Source: an uncultured Bdellovibrionales bacterium | GTDB taxonomy: Bacteria > Patescibacteriota > Minisyncoccia > Moranbacterales > UBA1568 | Direction: 5' to 3' | NCBI GenBank assembly: GCA_964500505.1 | Contig: CAZCNN010000003.1 | Location: 176 to 64,175 of the forward strand | DNA: 64,000 nucleotides | Part shown: piece after piece, positions 1-8,303 of the stretch | Numbering within the stretch: the stretch's first letter is position 1 | Layout of the letters: each line of letters opens with the position of its first letter | Program-made: the position numbers and the translations under genes | Notes under the pieces: generated by a model | Seen by the model: the letters and a program-made list of their open reading frames with translations, nothing else | Databases searched by the model: none | Told to the model about the DNA's origin: nothing

Positions 1-148
1 TGGAAGTCCGAGGAGCAGGGAGACAGGCTCTCTCTCGTCGGGCGACCCACGTCCGGTGACGGTTGAAAAGAATAGGTACGCTATGGGTGAATTTTGGGGA
101 GAGAGGCTGTTTCGATTACTCTCACAACTGAAGCACATTTCGCGCTTT

Positions 149-859
149 ATGCCTTTTTCTCTGAGAAAGGGCTTTTCGTCATTGGCTCTCTTGTTTCTGG
201 GAGTAGGCGCCTTTCCAGCCTTGCCCATAATCGATACTAAGGAACTAGCCACTCCCGACCCTTCTGAGACGGCCGTAGCTATTGATCCTGTCGAACTCTG
301 CCGTTGGCAGAAGGACTTTTCTTTTTTTCAGGAACTTGTGGTTGGTGCGGAAAAGAAAGAAATAGAAGATTGTCACTTGGCAGTCCCAGAGGTGAGTGCG
401 ACACAAGAAGCGCCGGCTACCCCGAAGGATGGAACGCTTGAGACGACTATCGCTACTATGGCCTCAGGCTATCCACTCGAAGTGATGGCGCCGACTATTG
501 CCGAGTATGATCGAGAAGTGGCGGCACTTATCGTCGGTATTGCCAAAAAGGAGAGTAATTGGGGTAAGCGGGTCCCCGTCGATACGGCAGGAGCAGACTG
601 CTTCAACTACTGGGGATTCAAAGGAGCGGGGACTCGTGGCGTCGCTATGGGTCACGGTTGTTTCGGTAGCCCCGAAGAGGCAGTCCATGCGGTAGGCAAT
701 CGCATCGCCGAACTGGTGACGCTTCGGAAGACGAGCGAACCCAAGAACATGATTATCTGGAAGTGTGGCTCAAGTTGTGCCACGCATAGTCCCGAGAGTG
801 TCCGCAAGTGGATTGCGGACGTTGATCTCTATTACCGGCAGATTGTCGGGACGAACTAG
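149..859 (+). CDS. Exported lysozyme-like (glucosaminidase/SLT-like) protein
   Basis: N-terminal hydrophobic segment; C-terminal IAKKESNWG...NYWG...FGSPEEAV motifs resemble lysozyme-fold cell-wall hydrolases. Start uncertain (56, 83 or 149). Confidence 0.55.
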   Translation: MPFSLRKGFSSLALLFLGVGAFPALPIIDTKELATPDPSETAVAIDPVELCRWQKDFSFFQELVVGAEKKEIEDCHLAVPEVSATQEAPATPKDGTLETTIATMASGYPLEVMAPTIAEYDREVAALIVGIAKKESNWGKRVPVDTAGADCFNYWGFKGAGTRGVAMGHGCFGSPEEAVHAVGNRIAELVTLRKTSEPKNMIIWKCGSSCATHSPESVRKWIADVDLYYRQIVGTN

Positions 860-955
860 TAGGTCTGTTGAGACGTATACATATTTTTCAGGTATAATAA
901 AAAAAGACATACATAATCAAAAAGCTTGAGGCTTTTTTACTTGGCGCTTTTCAGA

Positions 956-990
956 AAAAGCTAAAAGCTAAAAGCTAAAAGCTAAAAGCT
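956..990. repeat. Perfect heptamer tandem repeat (AAAAGCT)x5
   Basis: Five exact copies just before the ATG at 996; a degenerate complementary CTT-periodic arm lies at about 923-952. Confidence 0.95.
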
Positions 991-995
991 AAATT

Positions 996-1928
996 ATGAC
1001 TTGGGCCCTCGTTGCTCTCCTCGGGTATTTTTTCAGCGCCATTTCGGCTGCGTTTGATAAATTTTTGCTTTCTGATCGCATACCGACTCCGGCCGTGTAT
1101 GCTTTTTTTGTATCCTTGTTCAGTCTCTTTGCGCTCGGATTTGTGCCCTTTGGCGTGCGTTTCCTCGATCTTTCCTCCACGCTCACACTTCTCCTCTCAG
1201 GGATGACCTTTGTGTATGGTCTGGTGGCTTTTTATGCCGCGGTCAAACGCCATGAGATCTCTCGGGTGGCACCACTCGTGGGGACGATTATTTCGTTGGT
1301 CGCGTTCTCGGCCGTCTTTTTGCCTGGTATGGACGGTGCCGTAGTGGATGGCTGGTTTATCCTCGCTCTCCTCCTCCTCATTTTCGGTGGTCTCCTTATT
1401 TCCTTTGACTTGCCTCTGAGGCGGGGTGAGCATATCTCTTGGTATATTGTCCTGGCTGGTATCCTCATGGGTCTGTCGTTCCTCCTCCTCAAGGGTGGCT
1501 ATGCTAGCTCTGACTTTGTGAACGGTCTCGTCTGGTCGCGTCTCGGGATGACGCTCGCCGGACTGACACTTTTCATCGTGCCACTGTTTCGTCGGCAGAT
1601 TTTGGCCCAATTTGATGGCTTTGGGCATCGTTCCCCGCGAGCAGCGAGTACCGGAGGACTTTTTGTTTTGAACAAGGTAACGGCAGGACTCGCCACGTTT
1701 CTCGTATCCTACGCGACGTATCTCGGGTCAGTCTCTTTCGTCCAGGCCCTTTCTGGGATGCAGTACGTCTTTCTTTTGATGTTGACTTTCCCGCTTTCGT
1801 TCCGTTACCCGCAGGTCTTTGGTGAGCGACTCCATTTCTGGGATTGGATGCAGAAGGCGGTAGCGATTGGTATTATCGGTTTGGGCCTGTGGCTCGCGAC
1901 GCAAAGCGGCATATCACTGCTCATGTAA
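996..1928 (+). CDS. EamA/DMT family membrane transporter
   Basis: 310 aa, about 10 hydrophobic helices in two repeated halves. Confidence 0.75.
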   Translation: MTWALVALLGYFFSAISAAFDKFLLSDRIPTPAVYAFFVSLFSLFALGFVPFGVRFLDLSSTLTLLLSGMTFVYGLVAFYAAVKRHEISRVAPLVGTIISLVAFSAVFLPGMDGAVVDGWFILALLLLIFGGLLISFDLPLRRGEHISWYIVLAGILMGLSFLLLKGGYASSDFVNGLVWSRLGMTLAGLTLFIVPLFRRQILAQFDGFGHRSPRAASTGGLFVLNKVTAGLATFLVSYATYLGSVSFVQALSGMQYVFLLMLTFPLSFRYPQVFGERLHFWDWMQKAVAIGIIGLGLWLATQSGISLLM

Positions 1929-1936
1929 CTTTCCCT

Positions 1937-2947
1937 ATGAAAAAAATACTCAAATTTTTGGCCGGTACCGTTCTCTCTCTGCTCCTTATGGCGCTCCTCC
2001 TCTTTGGCTACTTCAATATGCCGGCGCCTGCCCCACGCGAGGATGTGAGTCTCGGGATGACCTTCTCGACGCGGTATGCCGAAGGGCTAGGACTCGACTG
2101 GCGAGAGACCTACCTGGCCCTTCTCGATGAGGTCGGAGTGAAGAAGATGCGTATCCCAGTGTACTGGGACCTGGTAGAAACAACCAAAGGGACCTATGAC
2201 TATGCCGATGTGGATTGGCAGGTGGCTGAGGCGGGCAAGCGGGGAGCCGAAGTCATCCTGGCGGTTGGCATCAAGGTGCCTCGTTGGCCAGAGTGTCATA
2301 TCCCCACATGGGTAGGCGACGAAAAGGAGGCCCGTCGAGCTGGTATCTTGGCTCTCATTGAGACTACCATCCGTCGCTATGAGGGCAATCCAGTGGTTAC
2401 CAAGTGGCAGGTTGAGAATGAACCCTTTTTGTCATTTGGAGTGTGTCCAGAATTTGATGTAAAGATACTCGACGAAGAGATAGCGCTGGTGAAGCGCCTC
2501 GATACTGCGCGCCCGGTGGTGGTGACGGATAGTGGCGAGCTCTCGCTCTGGGTGCATGCGGCGTCTCGAGGGGATCAGTTTGGGACGACACTCTACCGTG
2601 ATATCTATAGTCCCAAAGTGGGCGGATACTTTGAGTATCCTATTGGACCTAACTTCTTCCGTTTCAAGGAAAAAATGGTCCGTCTCTTCACTGATCAAGA
2701 GCACTTCTCGGTCATCGAGCTCCAGGCTGAGCCGTGGGCCAGTGGCTGGATCGCTGAGGTGCCACTGGAAGAACAGTTCCGAACTATGAATGAGGATCGC
2801 CTCAGGGAGAATGTCGATTATGCGAGGCAGGTCGGGTTTGAAGATATCTATCTCTGGGGTGGAGAATGGTGGTACTGGATGAAGACCAAGAAGAATTATC
2901 CGGCCGTCTGGGAGACCGCCAAGGATCTCTATCAGGAACACAAATAG
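1937..2947 (+). CDS. Membrane-anchored clan GH-A glycoside hydrolase (GH5/GH42-like)
   Basis: N-terminal TM anchor, WQVENEP acid/base motif, ELQAEPW nucleophile region; ATG at 1937. Confidence 0.75.
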   Translation: MKKILKFLAGTVLSLLLMALLLFGYFNMPAPAPREDVSLGMTFSTRYAEGLGLDWRETYLALLDEVGVKKMRIPVYWDLVETTKGTYDYADVDWQVAEAGKRGAEVILAVGIKVPRWPECHIPTWVGDEKEARRAGILALIETTIRRYEGNPVVTKWQVENEPFLSFGVCPEFDVKILDEEIALVKRLDTARPVVVTDSGELSLWVHAASRGDQFGTTLYRDIYSPKVGGYFEYPIGPNFFRFKEKMVRLFTDQEHFSVIELQAEPWASGWIAEVPLEEQFRTMNEDRLRENVDYARQVGFEDIYLWGGEWWYWMKTKKNYPAVWETAKDLYQEHK

Positions 2948-2955
2948 GAGAATGT

Positions 2956-3489
2956 ATGAAGGCACCACTCATTCTTATCCTACACGATATCCGGAGTGCA
3001 CATAATGTCGGGTCTATTTTTCGGACCGCTGATGGAGCCGGACTTGCCCGCCAAAGCTACGCGGGGAGCGTTTCGGGTGGGGGTGTGAGTATTTACCTCA
3101 CGGGATATACGCCATGCCCGCCGAAACCGGGTGCCCTCTATCTTTCTGATGCTGACAAAGCGCTTCAGAAGACCGCGCTCGGTGCTGAGACATCGGTATC
3201 CTGGAGGCAGGTGGCCTCACTTTCGCGGCTACTCACGAGACTACGCAACGAGGGATATGAGCTGGTGGCACTCGAGCAGATGCCGGGAAGTATCGACTAT
3301 CGAGAGTATCGACCTGGGAAGCGCGTGGCCCTCATCCTTGGGAATGAAGTGGGTGGGGTAGCACCTGAGATACTCAAACGCTGTGACCATGTTATCGAGA
3401 TACCGATGTATGGCGCCAAGAATTCGCTCAATGTCTCAGTCGCGACGGGCATTGCTCTCTATCAGATAATCAGTACAATGAAGGAATGA
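2956..3489 (+). CDS. TrmH/SpoU family RNA methyltransferase
   Basis: HNVGSIFRTADG, LILGNEVGG and IPMYGAKNSLNVSVA SPOUT motifs; carries an in-frame palindromic insert. Confidence 0.9.
   Translation: MKAPLILILHDIRSAHNVGSIFRTADGAGLARQSYAGSVSGGGVSIYLTGYTPCPPKPGALYLSDADKALQKTALGAETSVSWRQVASLSRLLTRLRNEGYELVALEQMPGSIDYREYRPGKRVALILGNEVGGVAPEILKRCDHVIEIPMYGAKNSLNVSVATGIALYQIISTMKE
3043..3081 (-). repeat. Short palindromic element (CCYGCCCG...GCGGGCGGG family), in frame in the TrmH gene
   Basis: Reverse complement cccacccgaaacgctccccgcgtagctttggcgggcaag aligns with the argS and ileS copies; encodes LARQSYAGSVSGG. Confidence 0.8.
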
Positions 3490-3571
3490 CATGGTTGTAT
3501 GGCTTTATTGTTGAATGGTTGGGGGACCGGATGCATTTCTAACAGTATAACCATAAAACCATGGAGCAATT
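3490..3571. repeat. ORF-less inverted pair of octamer arrays
   Basis: catggttg tatggctt tattgttg aatggttg, an 18-nt loop, then taacagta taaccata aaaccatg gagcaatt; same unit family as the arrays flanking 18261-18638. Confidence 0.85.
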
Positions 3572-3620
3572 TCTTTCCAGAGAGAAAAGTATCAAAAAGT
3601 AACCTGACGATTACTACAAT

Positions 3621-4340
3621 ATGTCTGTAAAAAAGAAGACCAAGATAGCCATTTTCGATATCGATGGCACTATATTCCGCAAGAACCTTCATTTTGAGCT
3701 CATCAACGAGCTGACCTGGATGAAGGTGTTTCCGCGGGAAGCGCGGGATGAGTTGGCTGATATCTATGCTGGGTGGCTCACGCATGAGGGTACCTACGAG
3801 GATTATCGTAAGGCGCTCGTCAAGCTCTACTCCGAGCACATCAAGGGGTGCTCGAAGGAGGCGGTCCTCAAAGCGAGTAAGATGCTGGTGCCTTTTCATG
3901 CCAAGCGGACCTATATCTACGCGGAGCAGCTCATCAAGAAACTGCGAGCAGAGAACTATCACCTGTTGGTTATCTCGGGATCACCCATCGAGGTGGTAGA
4001 GGAATACAATCGGCAATACCTCAAGTTTGATGGGTCTTTTGGAAGCGTCTATGCAGTGGATGCGGAGGGGAACTATACAGGCGAGGCGTCGTTTGAACCC
4101 TCCAAGAACAAGGGGAGTCTCGTAGAACAGTACCTTTATGAGCACAAGCTCTCGCTCAAGGACTCCTATGGTATCGGGGATACCGAGTCTGATACGAGTT
4201 TTCTCAAGATGGTTGAGCATCCTATAGCATTCAACCCGAATCAGAACCTCAAGGCTGCCGCCGAAGAACATGGGTGGAAAATTGTGGTCGAAAAAAAGGA
4301 CGTGATCTATGAAATCAGTGATCACTGCGCTCATCCCTAA
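3621..4340 (+). CDS. HAD-IB family hydrolase/phosphatase
   Basis: FDIDGT motif I, ISGS motif II, GDTESD motif IV. Confidence 0.9.
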   Translation: MSVKKKTKIAIFDIDGTIFRKNLHFELINELTWMKVFPREARDELADIYAGWLTHEGTYEDYRKALVKLYSEHIKGCSKEAVLKASKMLVPFHAKRTYIYAEQLIKKLRAENYHLLVISGSPIEVVEEYNRQYLKFDGSFGSVYAVDAEGNYTGEASFEPSKNKGSLVEQYLYEHKLSLKDSYGIGDTESDTSFLKMVEHPIAFNPNQNLKAAAEEHGWKIVVEKKDVIYEISDHCAHP

Positions 4341-4351
4341 AAAGTAAAAAT

Positions 4352-4462
4352 ATGAACCTCAACGTATCCCTCGACAATTTTCTCAAGAAGACGGTGTGGC
4401 TCTGGCTCCCGTTTTACGCCCTCTTCCACCTCATCGAAGAGTTTGGTGAGCGTAAAAAGTAG
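4352..4462 (+). CDS. Small hypothetical protein (36 aa)
   Basis: MNLNVSLDNFLKKTVWLWLPFYALFHLIEEFGERKK fills the gap between HAD and vanZ; below the ORF-track cutoff. Confidence 0.5.
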   Translation: MNLNVSLDNFLKKTVWLWLPFYALFHLIEEFGERKK

Positions 4463-4465
4463 TGT

Positions 4466-4879
4466 ATGCTCTTGACCCGTCTCAGCGTAGTTTGGCATTC
4501 TCGGTATACGGCTTTCACGTTGCTCCTCGTGTGGATGGCGGTTATTTTTGCTTTTTCGACGTTGCCCGGTAAAGAGATGGCTGGCCCGCCACCACTCTGG
4601 TACTTTATCGAGCGGAAGGGGGCGCACGTGGTCGAATATGCGGTCCTCACATTGCTGGCATTCCGTTTCTTCCAACTATCATTTTATCGGGAGGCGCTTG
4701 GTCGCGTTCTTCTCCTGTCCGCTCTGTTCGCACTCATGTATGGAGCGACCGATGAACTCCACCAGTATTTTGTGCCCGGTCGTGGTGCGCGATTTTCGGA
4801 TGTCGTGATTGACGGGCTCGGGGTACTCCTCTCGGCCTTCCTCATAGTACTCTTCTACCGAAACAAAAACCGCTCCTGA
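4466..4879 (+). CDS. VanZ family membrane protein
   Basis: RKGAHVVEY and TDELHQYFVPGR...DVVID motifs. Confidence 0.9.
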   Translation: MLLTRLSVVWHSRYTAFTLLLVWMAVIFAFSTLPGKEMAGPPPLWYFIERKGAHVVEYAVLTLLAFRFFQLSFYREALGRVLLLSALFALMYGATDELHQYFVPGRGARFSDVVIDGLGVLLSAFLIVLFYRNKNRS

Positions 4880-4892
4880 AGGAGCGGTTTTT
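4865..4892. terminator. Bidirectional intrinsic terminator
   Basis: aaaaaccgctcc-tgaa-ggagcggttttt between the convergent vanZ and rplT genes. Confidence 0.85.
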
Positions 4893-4905
4893 AGCGAGTG
4901 CGTTC

Positions 4906-5250
4906 TTAGCGAACTGACTCAATAAACTTGGTGAAGACGGCCGGGTTCTCCATAGCGAGTTCCGAGAGGACCTTGCGATCGAGAGCGATATTCTTCTTGG
5001 CTTCGAGGGCAATGAAATCTCGGTAGACGAGCCCGTGGAGACGGAGCGCCGTGTTGAGCCGGGTAATCCAGAGACTGCGGAAGGTGCGCTTCTTGGCGCG
5101 CCGGTCACGACGGGCATACTTACCGGCCTTGATGACGGCTTCTTTGGCCTTGGTAAACAAATTCTTGCGTCCCCAGCGGTAGCCTTTGGCAGCCTTGAGC
5201 ACGTTCTTGTGGCGTTTCTTGGTCATGACGCCACGCTTGATTCTGGTCAT
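4906..5250 (-). CDS. rplT: 50S ribosomal protein L20
   Basis: MTRIKRG...AKGYRWGR...RSLWITRLN...LDRKVLSELA. Confidence 0.98.
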   Translation of the reverse strand: MTRIKRGVMTKKRHKNVLKAAKGYRWGRKNLFTKAKEAVIKAGKYARRDRRAKKRTFRSLWITRLNTALRLHGLVYRDFIALEAKKNIALDRKVLSELAMENPAVFTKFIESVR

Positions 5251-5274
5251 ATGGGTGAAAAACTGAAGGGTGAG

Positions 5275-5475
5275 TTAGAACGAGTAAGGAAGGGAAGCTT
5301 TGATATTCTTGGCGACGGCTGGGTAGACATCGTTGTCGTTGCGCTTGGAACGAGTCTCGTCTCCGGTGTTGCGGGAGTTGTAGTGGTTTTGGCCAGAGGC
5401 GCGGGTCTTTAATTTTCCGCTCCCTGTGATTTTCACTTTCTTTACAACGGACTTGCGGGTCTTGAGCTTTGGCAT
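5275..5475 (-). CDS. rpmI: 50S ribosomal protein L35
   Basis: MPKLKTRKS...KITGSGK; lies between infC and rplT. Confidence 0.95.
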   Translation of the reverse strand: MPKLKTRKSVVKKVKITGSGKLKTRASGQNHYNSRNTGDETRSKRNDNDVYPAVAKNIKASLPYSF

Positions 5476-5510
5476 ATCGATACGAGGTTAATGCAATTAA
5501 TGGTGAGATT

Positions 5511-5635
5511 CTAGAACTTCAGATTTTGATACAGTTCGAGGCGCAGGTGAGGAGCAGAGTAAGCGATACTGTTCAGTTATCGTGTCGAGCACCGGAGCCT
5601 GCAACGATGAAATGGGTCAAAATCTGAAGTTCTAG
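5511..5635. mobile_element. 125-bp MITE-like element with 19-bp perfect terminal inverted repeats
   Basis: CTAGAACTTCAGATTTTGA ... TCAAAATCTGAAGTTCTAG between infC and rpmI; no ORF inside. Confidence 0.75.
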
Positions 5636-6184
5636 TTATTCGGGGACGATCAGGGCATTGAACCCCATAGGTCCACGCTTCACCTCTTCTTCAAAACGAT
5701 GAGGAACCGTGATGCTCGTGATAAAGGCGCTCAGGTTTTCTTTGGCTTTGTCCTGCATGGCCTTTTCGCGACCACGGAGTACGATTTCGATTTTTACTTT
5801 GTTCCCCTTGGTCAGAAATTTCTCAGCCTGTGTCTTTTTGAAGAGGAGATCATGAGTATCAGTGCGGAAACCGAGACGGATGCCCTTGGTTTCAACCTTT
5901 TTCTGCTTGGCCTTCTGTTGCTGCTCCTGCTTAGCGGCCTTGTACTGGAGCTTGCCGTAGTCAGTGATTTTGCAGACAGGAGGCTTGGCCAGAGGGGACA
6001 CTTCAACGAGGTCAGCTTCTTGCTCTTGAGCGAGTAAGATAGCTGCTGAGGTATCCATGATACCGCGATTCTCGCCATTCTGGTCAATGACCATGACCTG
6101 AGGCACGAGAATCTTCTCGTTGATACGAGCATGCTCTTTGACCTGGACCTTTGGTTTCGGTCGATTGTGTCTTCGTCGTCTCAT
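5636..6184 (-). CDS. infC: Translation initiation factor IF-3
   Basis: INEKI...DLVEVSP...PPVCKITDYGK...FLTKGNKVK motifs. Confidence 0.97.
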   Translation of the reverse strand: MRRRRHNRPKPKVQVKEHARINEKILVPQVMVIDQNGENRGIMDTSAAILLAQEQEADLVEVSPLAKPPVCKITDYGKLQYKAAKQEQQQKAKQKKVETKGIRLGFRTDTHDLLFKKTQAEKFLTKGNKVKIEIVLRGREKAMQDKAKENLSAFITSITVPHRFEEEVKRGPMGFNALIVPE

Positions 6185-6209
6185 TTTCAGCTTTTTTAAA
6201 AAAAGTGGA

Positions 6210-6310
6210 CCCTGTTAGAAAACTGTCAAAACCGCCTCCTAGTAATTTTCGGCTGTCAGTACCTGAGATATTCTCATATATCAAGTATCGTTGGCAGACT
6301 TCTAACGGGG
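6210..6310. mobile_element. CCCYGTTAGA...TCTAACGGGG MITE-like element at the tmRNA 3' end
   Basis: Terminal inverted repeats ccctgttagaa / ttctaacgggg flanked by a TGGA direct repeat (6206-6209, 6311-6314). Confidence 0.8.
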
Positions 6311-6710
6311 TGGAGTTGATGGGAATTGCACCCATGTCCAGAGAAGTTTTTCCAAAATAGTCTACAAGCGTAGTCAACCTTGTGTACGGGCAGGAGGTAG
6401 AAGGGAGACAAAATCCTCAAGCGAGTTCTTCTTTTGCAATACGTTCGGAGGGTAAAAGAAAAAGAAATTCCCTGGTCACGTCTCGATAATATGACACCAG
6501 TGGTTCCTTACCGAGAATCAGGATACTGATGGCGTCGCCAGTAATTAGGCGAGCGCAAGACTGTAAGAAGGGGCAAAAGCTTGCGCGATTGCATTCTTGG
6601 TCTTTGTGATGAAGTTTGCATTTATCATCGTGAGAACGAGATTTACGACCGTGTTCTCAAGGTCGGCTTGCGTATTTTGAAAGTACAACCTGTCGAGTCT
6701 AAACAACCCC
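6311..6710 (-). ncRNA. ssrA: tmRNA
   Basis: 5' GGGGTTG-TTTAGACTCGAC; 3' T-arm GACATGGGTGCAATTCCCATCAACTCCA; acceptor stem with G3:U; tag ORF 6545-6619 ANFITKTKNAIAQAFAPSYSLALA*; adjacent to smpB. Confidence 0.93.
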
Positions 6711-6790
6711 GCCTACACTACAAACAGAGTTTGTAGAGTATGGCGGGGCTTGCCTATACCCGCCACACTTCGATTCGCGATGTGGGCGGG
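6707..6790. repeat. Two CCCGCC...GGCGGG hairpin elements upstream of tmRNA
   Basis: 6707-6748 shares GGGG with the tmRNA 5' end; 6759-6790 (cccgccacact...tgtgggcggg) is similar to 18068-18103. Confidence 0.8.
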
Positions 6791-6830
6791 CCTAGCCGCC
6801 TCCATCTGCTGAAAGTGTAAGCGCGATCCT

Positions 6831-7079
6831 CTAGCGGAGGTCGCTTATGCGTCGTTTGAGGTACTGTCTACCGAAGCCCGTCTTCAACTGAAGTTCTCTT
6901 TTCAGAGCATCTCCTTTTTGATTGCAGGCTTCGTAGTACAAAAGAATGAATGGTTTTCTTTCTTTTGTTACCTCGTTTCTTCCAGCATTGTGCTCTTGGA
7001 AGCGACGTTTTAAATTATTCGTGTATCCAATGTACAGCTTCTGATCTTTGAGACTTTGTAATACGTAAACGTAGTACAT
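6831..7079 (-). CDS. Stand-alone GIY-YIG nuclease family protein
   Basis: YYVYVL...LYIGYT...RRFQEHN...ALKRELQLK; ATG at 7079 just after the smpB stop. Confidence 0.92.
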   Translation of the reverse strand: MYYVYVLQSLKDQKLYIGYTNNLKRRFQEHNAGRNEVTKERKPFILLYYEACNQKGDALKRELQLKTGFGRQYLKRRISDLR

Positions 7080-7084
7080 ACATT

Positions 7085-7531
7085 TCAACTTGTTCGCATC
7101 GCTCGCTCTATTCGGCGCTTGGCTTCGCGGGTACCAATATCGGCCCGACGGTCATATTCCTTTTTTCCCTTGCCAATAGCAAACTCAAGCTTCACAAGTT
7201 GCTTCTTAGTATACAACCGAATCGGGACTAAAGTCAAGCCTTCCGTGCGGTATTTCCCTATGAGAGAGGCAATTTCACGCTTGCGGAGAAGGAGTTTTCG
7301 TGGTCTGCTATCTTCGTGCTTGGTGTCGCGGTGGGCTTGTTTGTAGCGGGGTATGAGGGCGTTCGTCAGGTAGAGTTCACTCCCGCGGACGGTCACATAG
7401 GCTCCCTTGAGGCTCGCATGGCCGGTTTTCACTGATTTTACTTCGGCCCCGGTCAATACCAAACCGGCCTCATAGCGTCCTAGGAGGGCATAGTCGAACC
7501 CGGCTCGTTTGTTGTGGGCAATAGTAGTCAT
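7085..7531 (-). CDS. smpB: SsrA-binding protein
   Basis: NKRA...EAGLVLTGAEVKS...RKLLL...GLTLVP...GKGKK. Confidence 0.98.
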   Translation of the reverse strand: MTTIAHNKRAGFDYALLGRYEAGLVLTGAEVKSVKTGHASLKGAYVTVRGSELYLTNALIPRYKQAHRDTKHEDSRPRKLLLRKREIASLIGKYRTEGLTLVPIRLYTKKQLVKLEFAIGKGKKEYDRRADIGTREAKRRIERAMRTS

Positions 7532-7667
7532 ATGCTCATACTGTCCCACATTTGGCTCAAATAAGCAAGTTTTTTGATTTTACATTGACGAAGTGGCAAA
7601 AGAATGATTTACTAGCGAGTCGCATGACGATAGGGTATGCACGTAGCTTTCCAACGAGGAGAAGTCA

Positions 7668-8159
7668 ATGAACCGCTCTCTCAAGATTGTTCTGACAGTT
7701 CTGCTGCTGGCTTTGAACGGCTCAGCAGTATTTTCGCAGGACGTGGTGATTTCAGGGAGCTCTGGAAAGAACTCAAGAGATCCCGTTTTGGTCAAGCGCC
7801 AGGGAACGTCACCGATTCTTACGGTGCAGCTGAAGGCTTCGGAGGCTGATACCGAAGCGCGTGAACTTCATCGCGAGATCCTCCGGGTGTTGAGTGATGG
7901 GTACGAAGAGAGGTTTTTTCCCTTGAAGAAAGACGGTGACAACCGGATAAATCAAACAATCTGGTGCACGGTCGTTGTGGCAAGTGACCTTGTTGCTTCT
8001 TCGATTGAAGTCCGGTGCGGAAGGCGCTTTCCGCGCCAAATCTTCGTGGGACTCACTGATGCTGGCATCGGTACATCTGAGTTCAGTGCTGTTGCCAAAC
8101 GTCTCCCGGCGATGATCGATGAGTTGTATAACTTGGCCACGAAGCTGCCTGACAATTAG
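7668..8159 (+). CDS. Hypothetical exported protein
   Basis: Signal-peptide-like N-terminus and GAGGAG SD; no recognisable family. Confidence 0.65.
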   Translation: MNRSLKIVLTVLLLALNGSAVFSQDVVISGSSGKNSRDPVLVKRQGTSPILTVQLKASEADTEARELHREILRVLSDGYEERFFPLKKDGDNRINQTIWCTVVVASDLVASSIEVRCGRRFPRQIFVGLTDAGIGTSEFSAVAKRLPAMIDELYNLATKLPDN

Positions 8160-8303
8160 ATCCACAGAGGTCAAATCTGCCGAGTCCCCAAAGAGGGTGC
8201 CGGCAGTTTTTCTTTTATAACATAATTCCACGGTCGTGGAATTATGTTATATTTTTATCGCAATAACTTCACTTTTTACGAACTTTCCGATAGGATGGTA
8301 TGT

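Noticed and set aside
1-110. Possible riboswitch upstream of the cell-wall hydrolase-like gene
   Set aside because: Truncated by the window edge; no family consensus could be matched confidently.
6311-7088. Group I intron with a homing endonuclease in tmRNA
   Set aside because: The GIY-YIG ORF lies outside a contiguous 400-nt tmRNA; no intron core was recognised.
8221-8246. CATAATTCCAC-GGTC-GTGGAATTATG palindrome (similar core at about 43526) as parS or an operator
   Set aside because: It does not match the parS consensus, and the second copy lies in a terminator-like hairpin; insufficient support.
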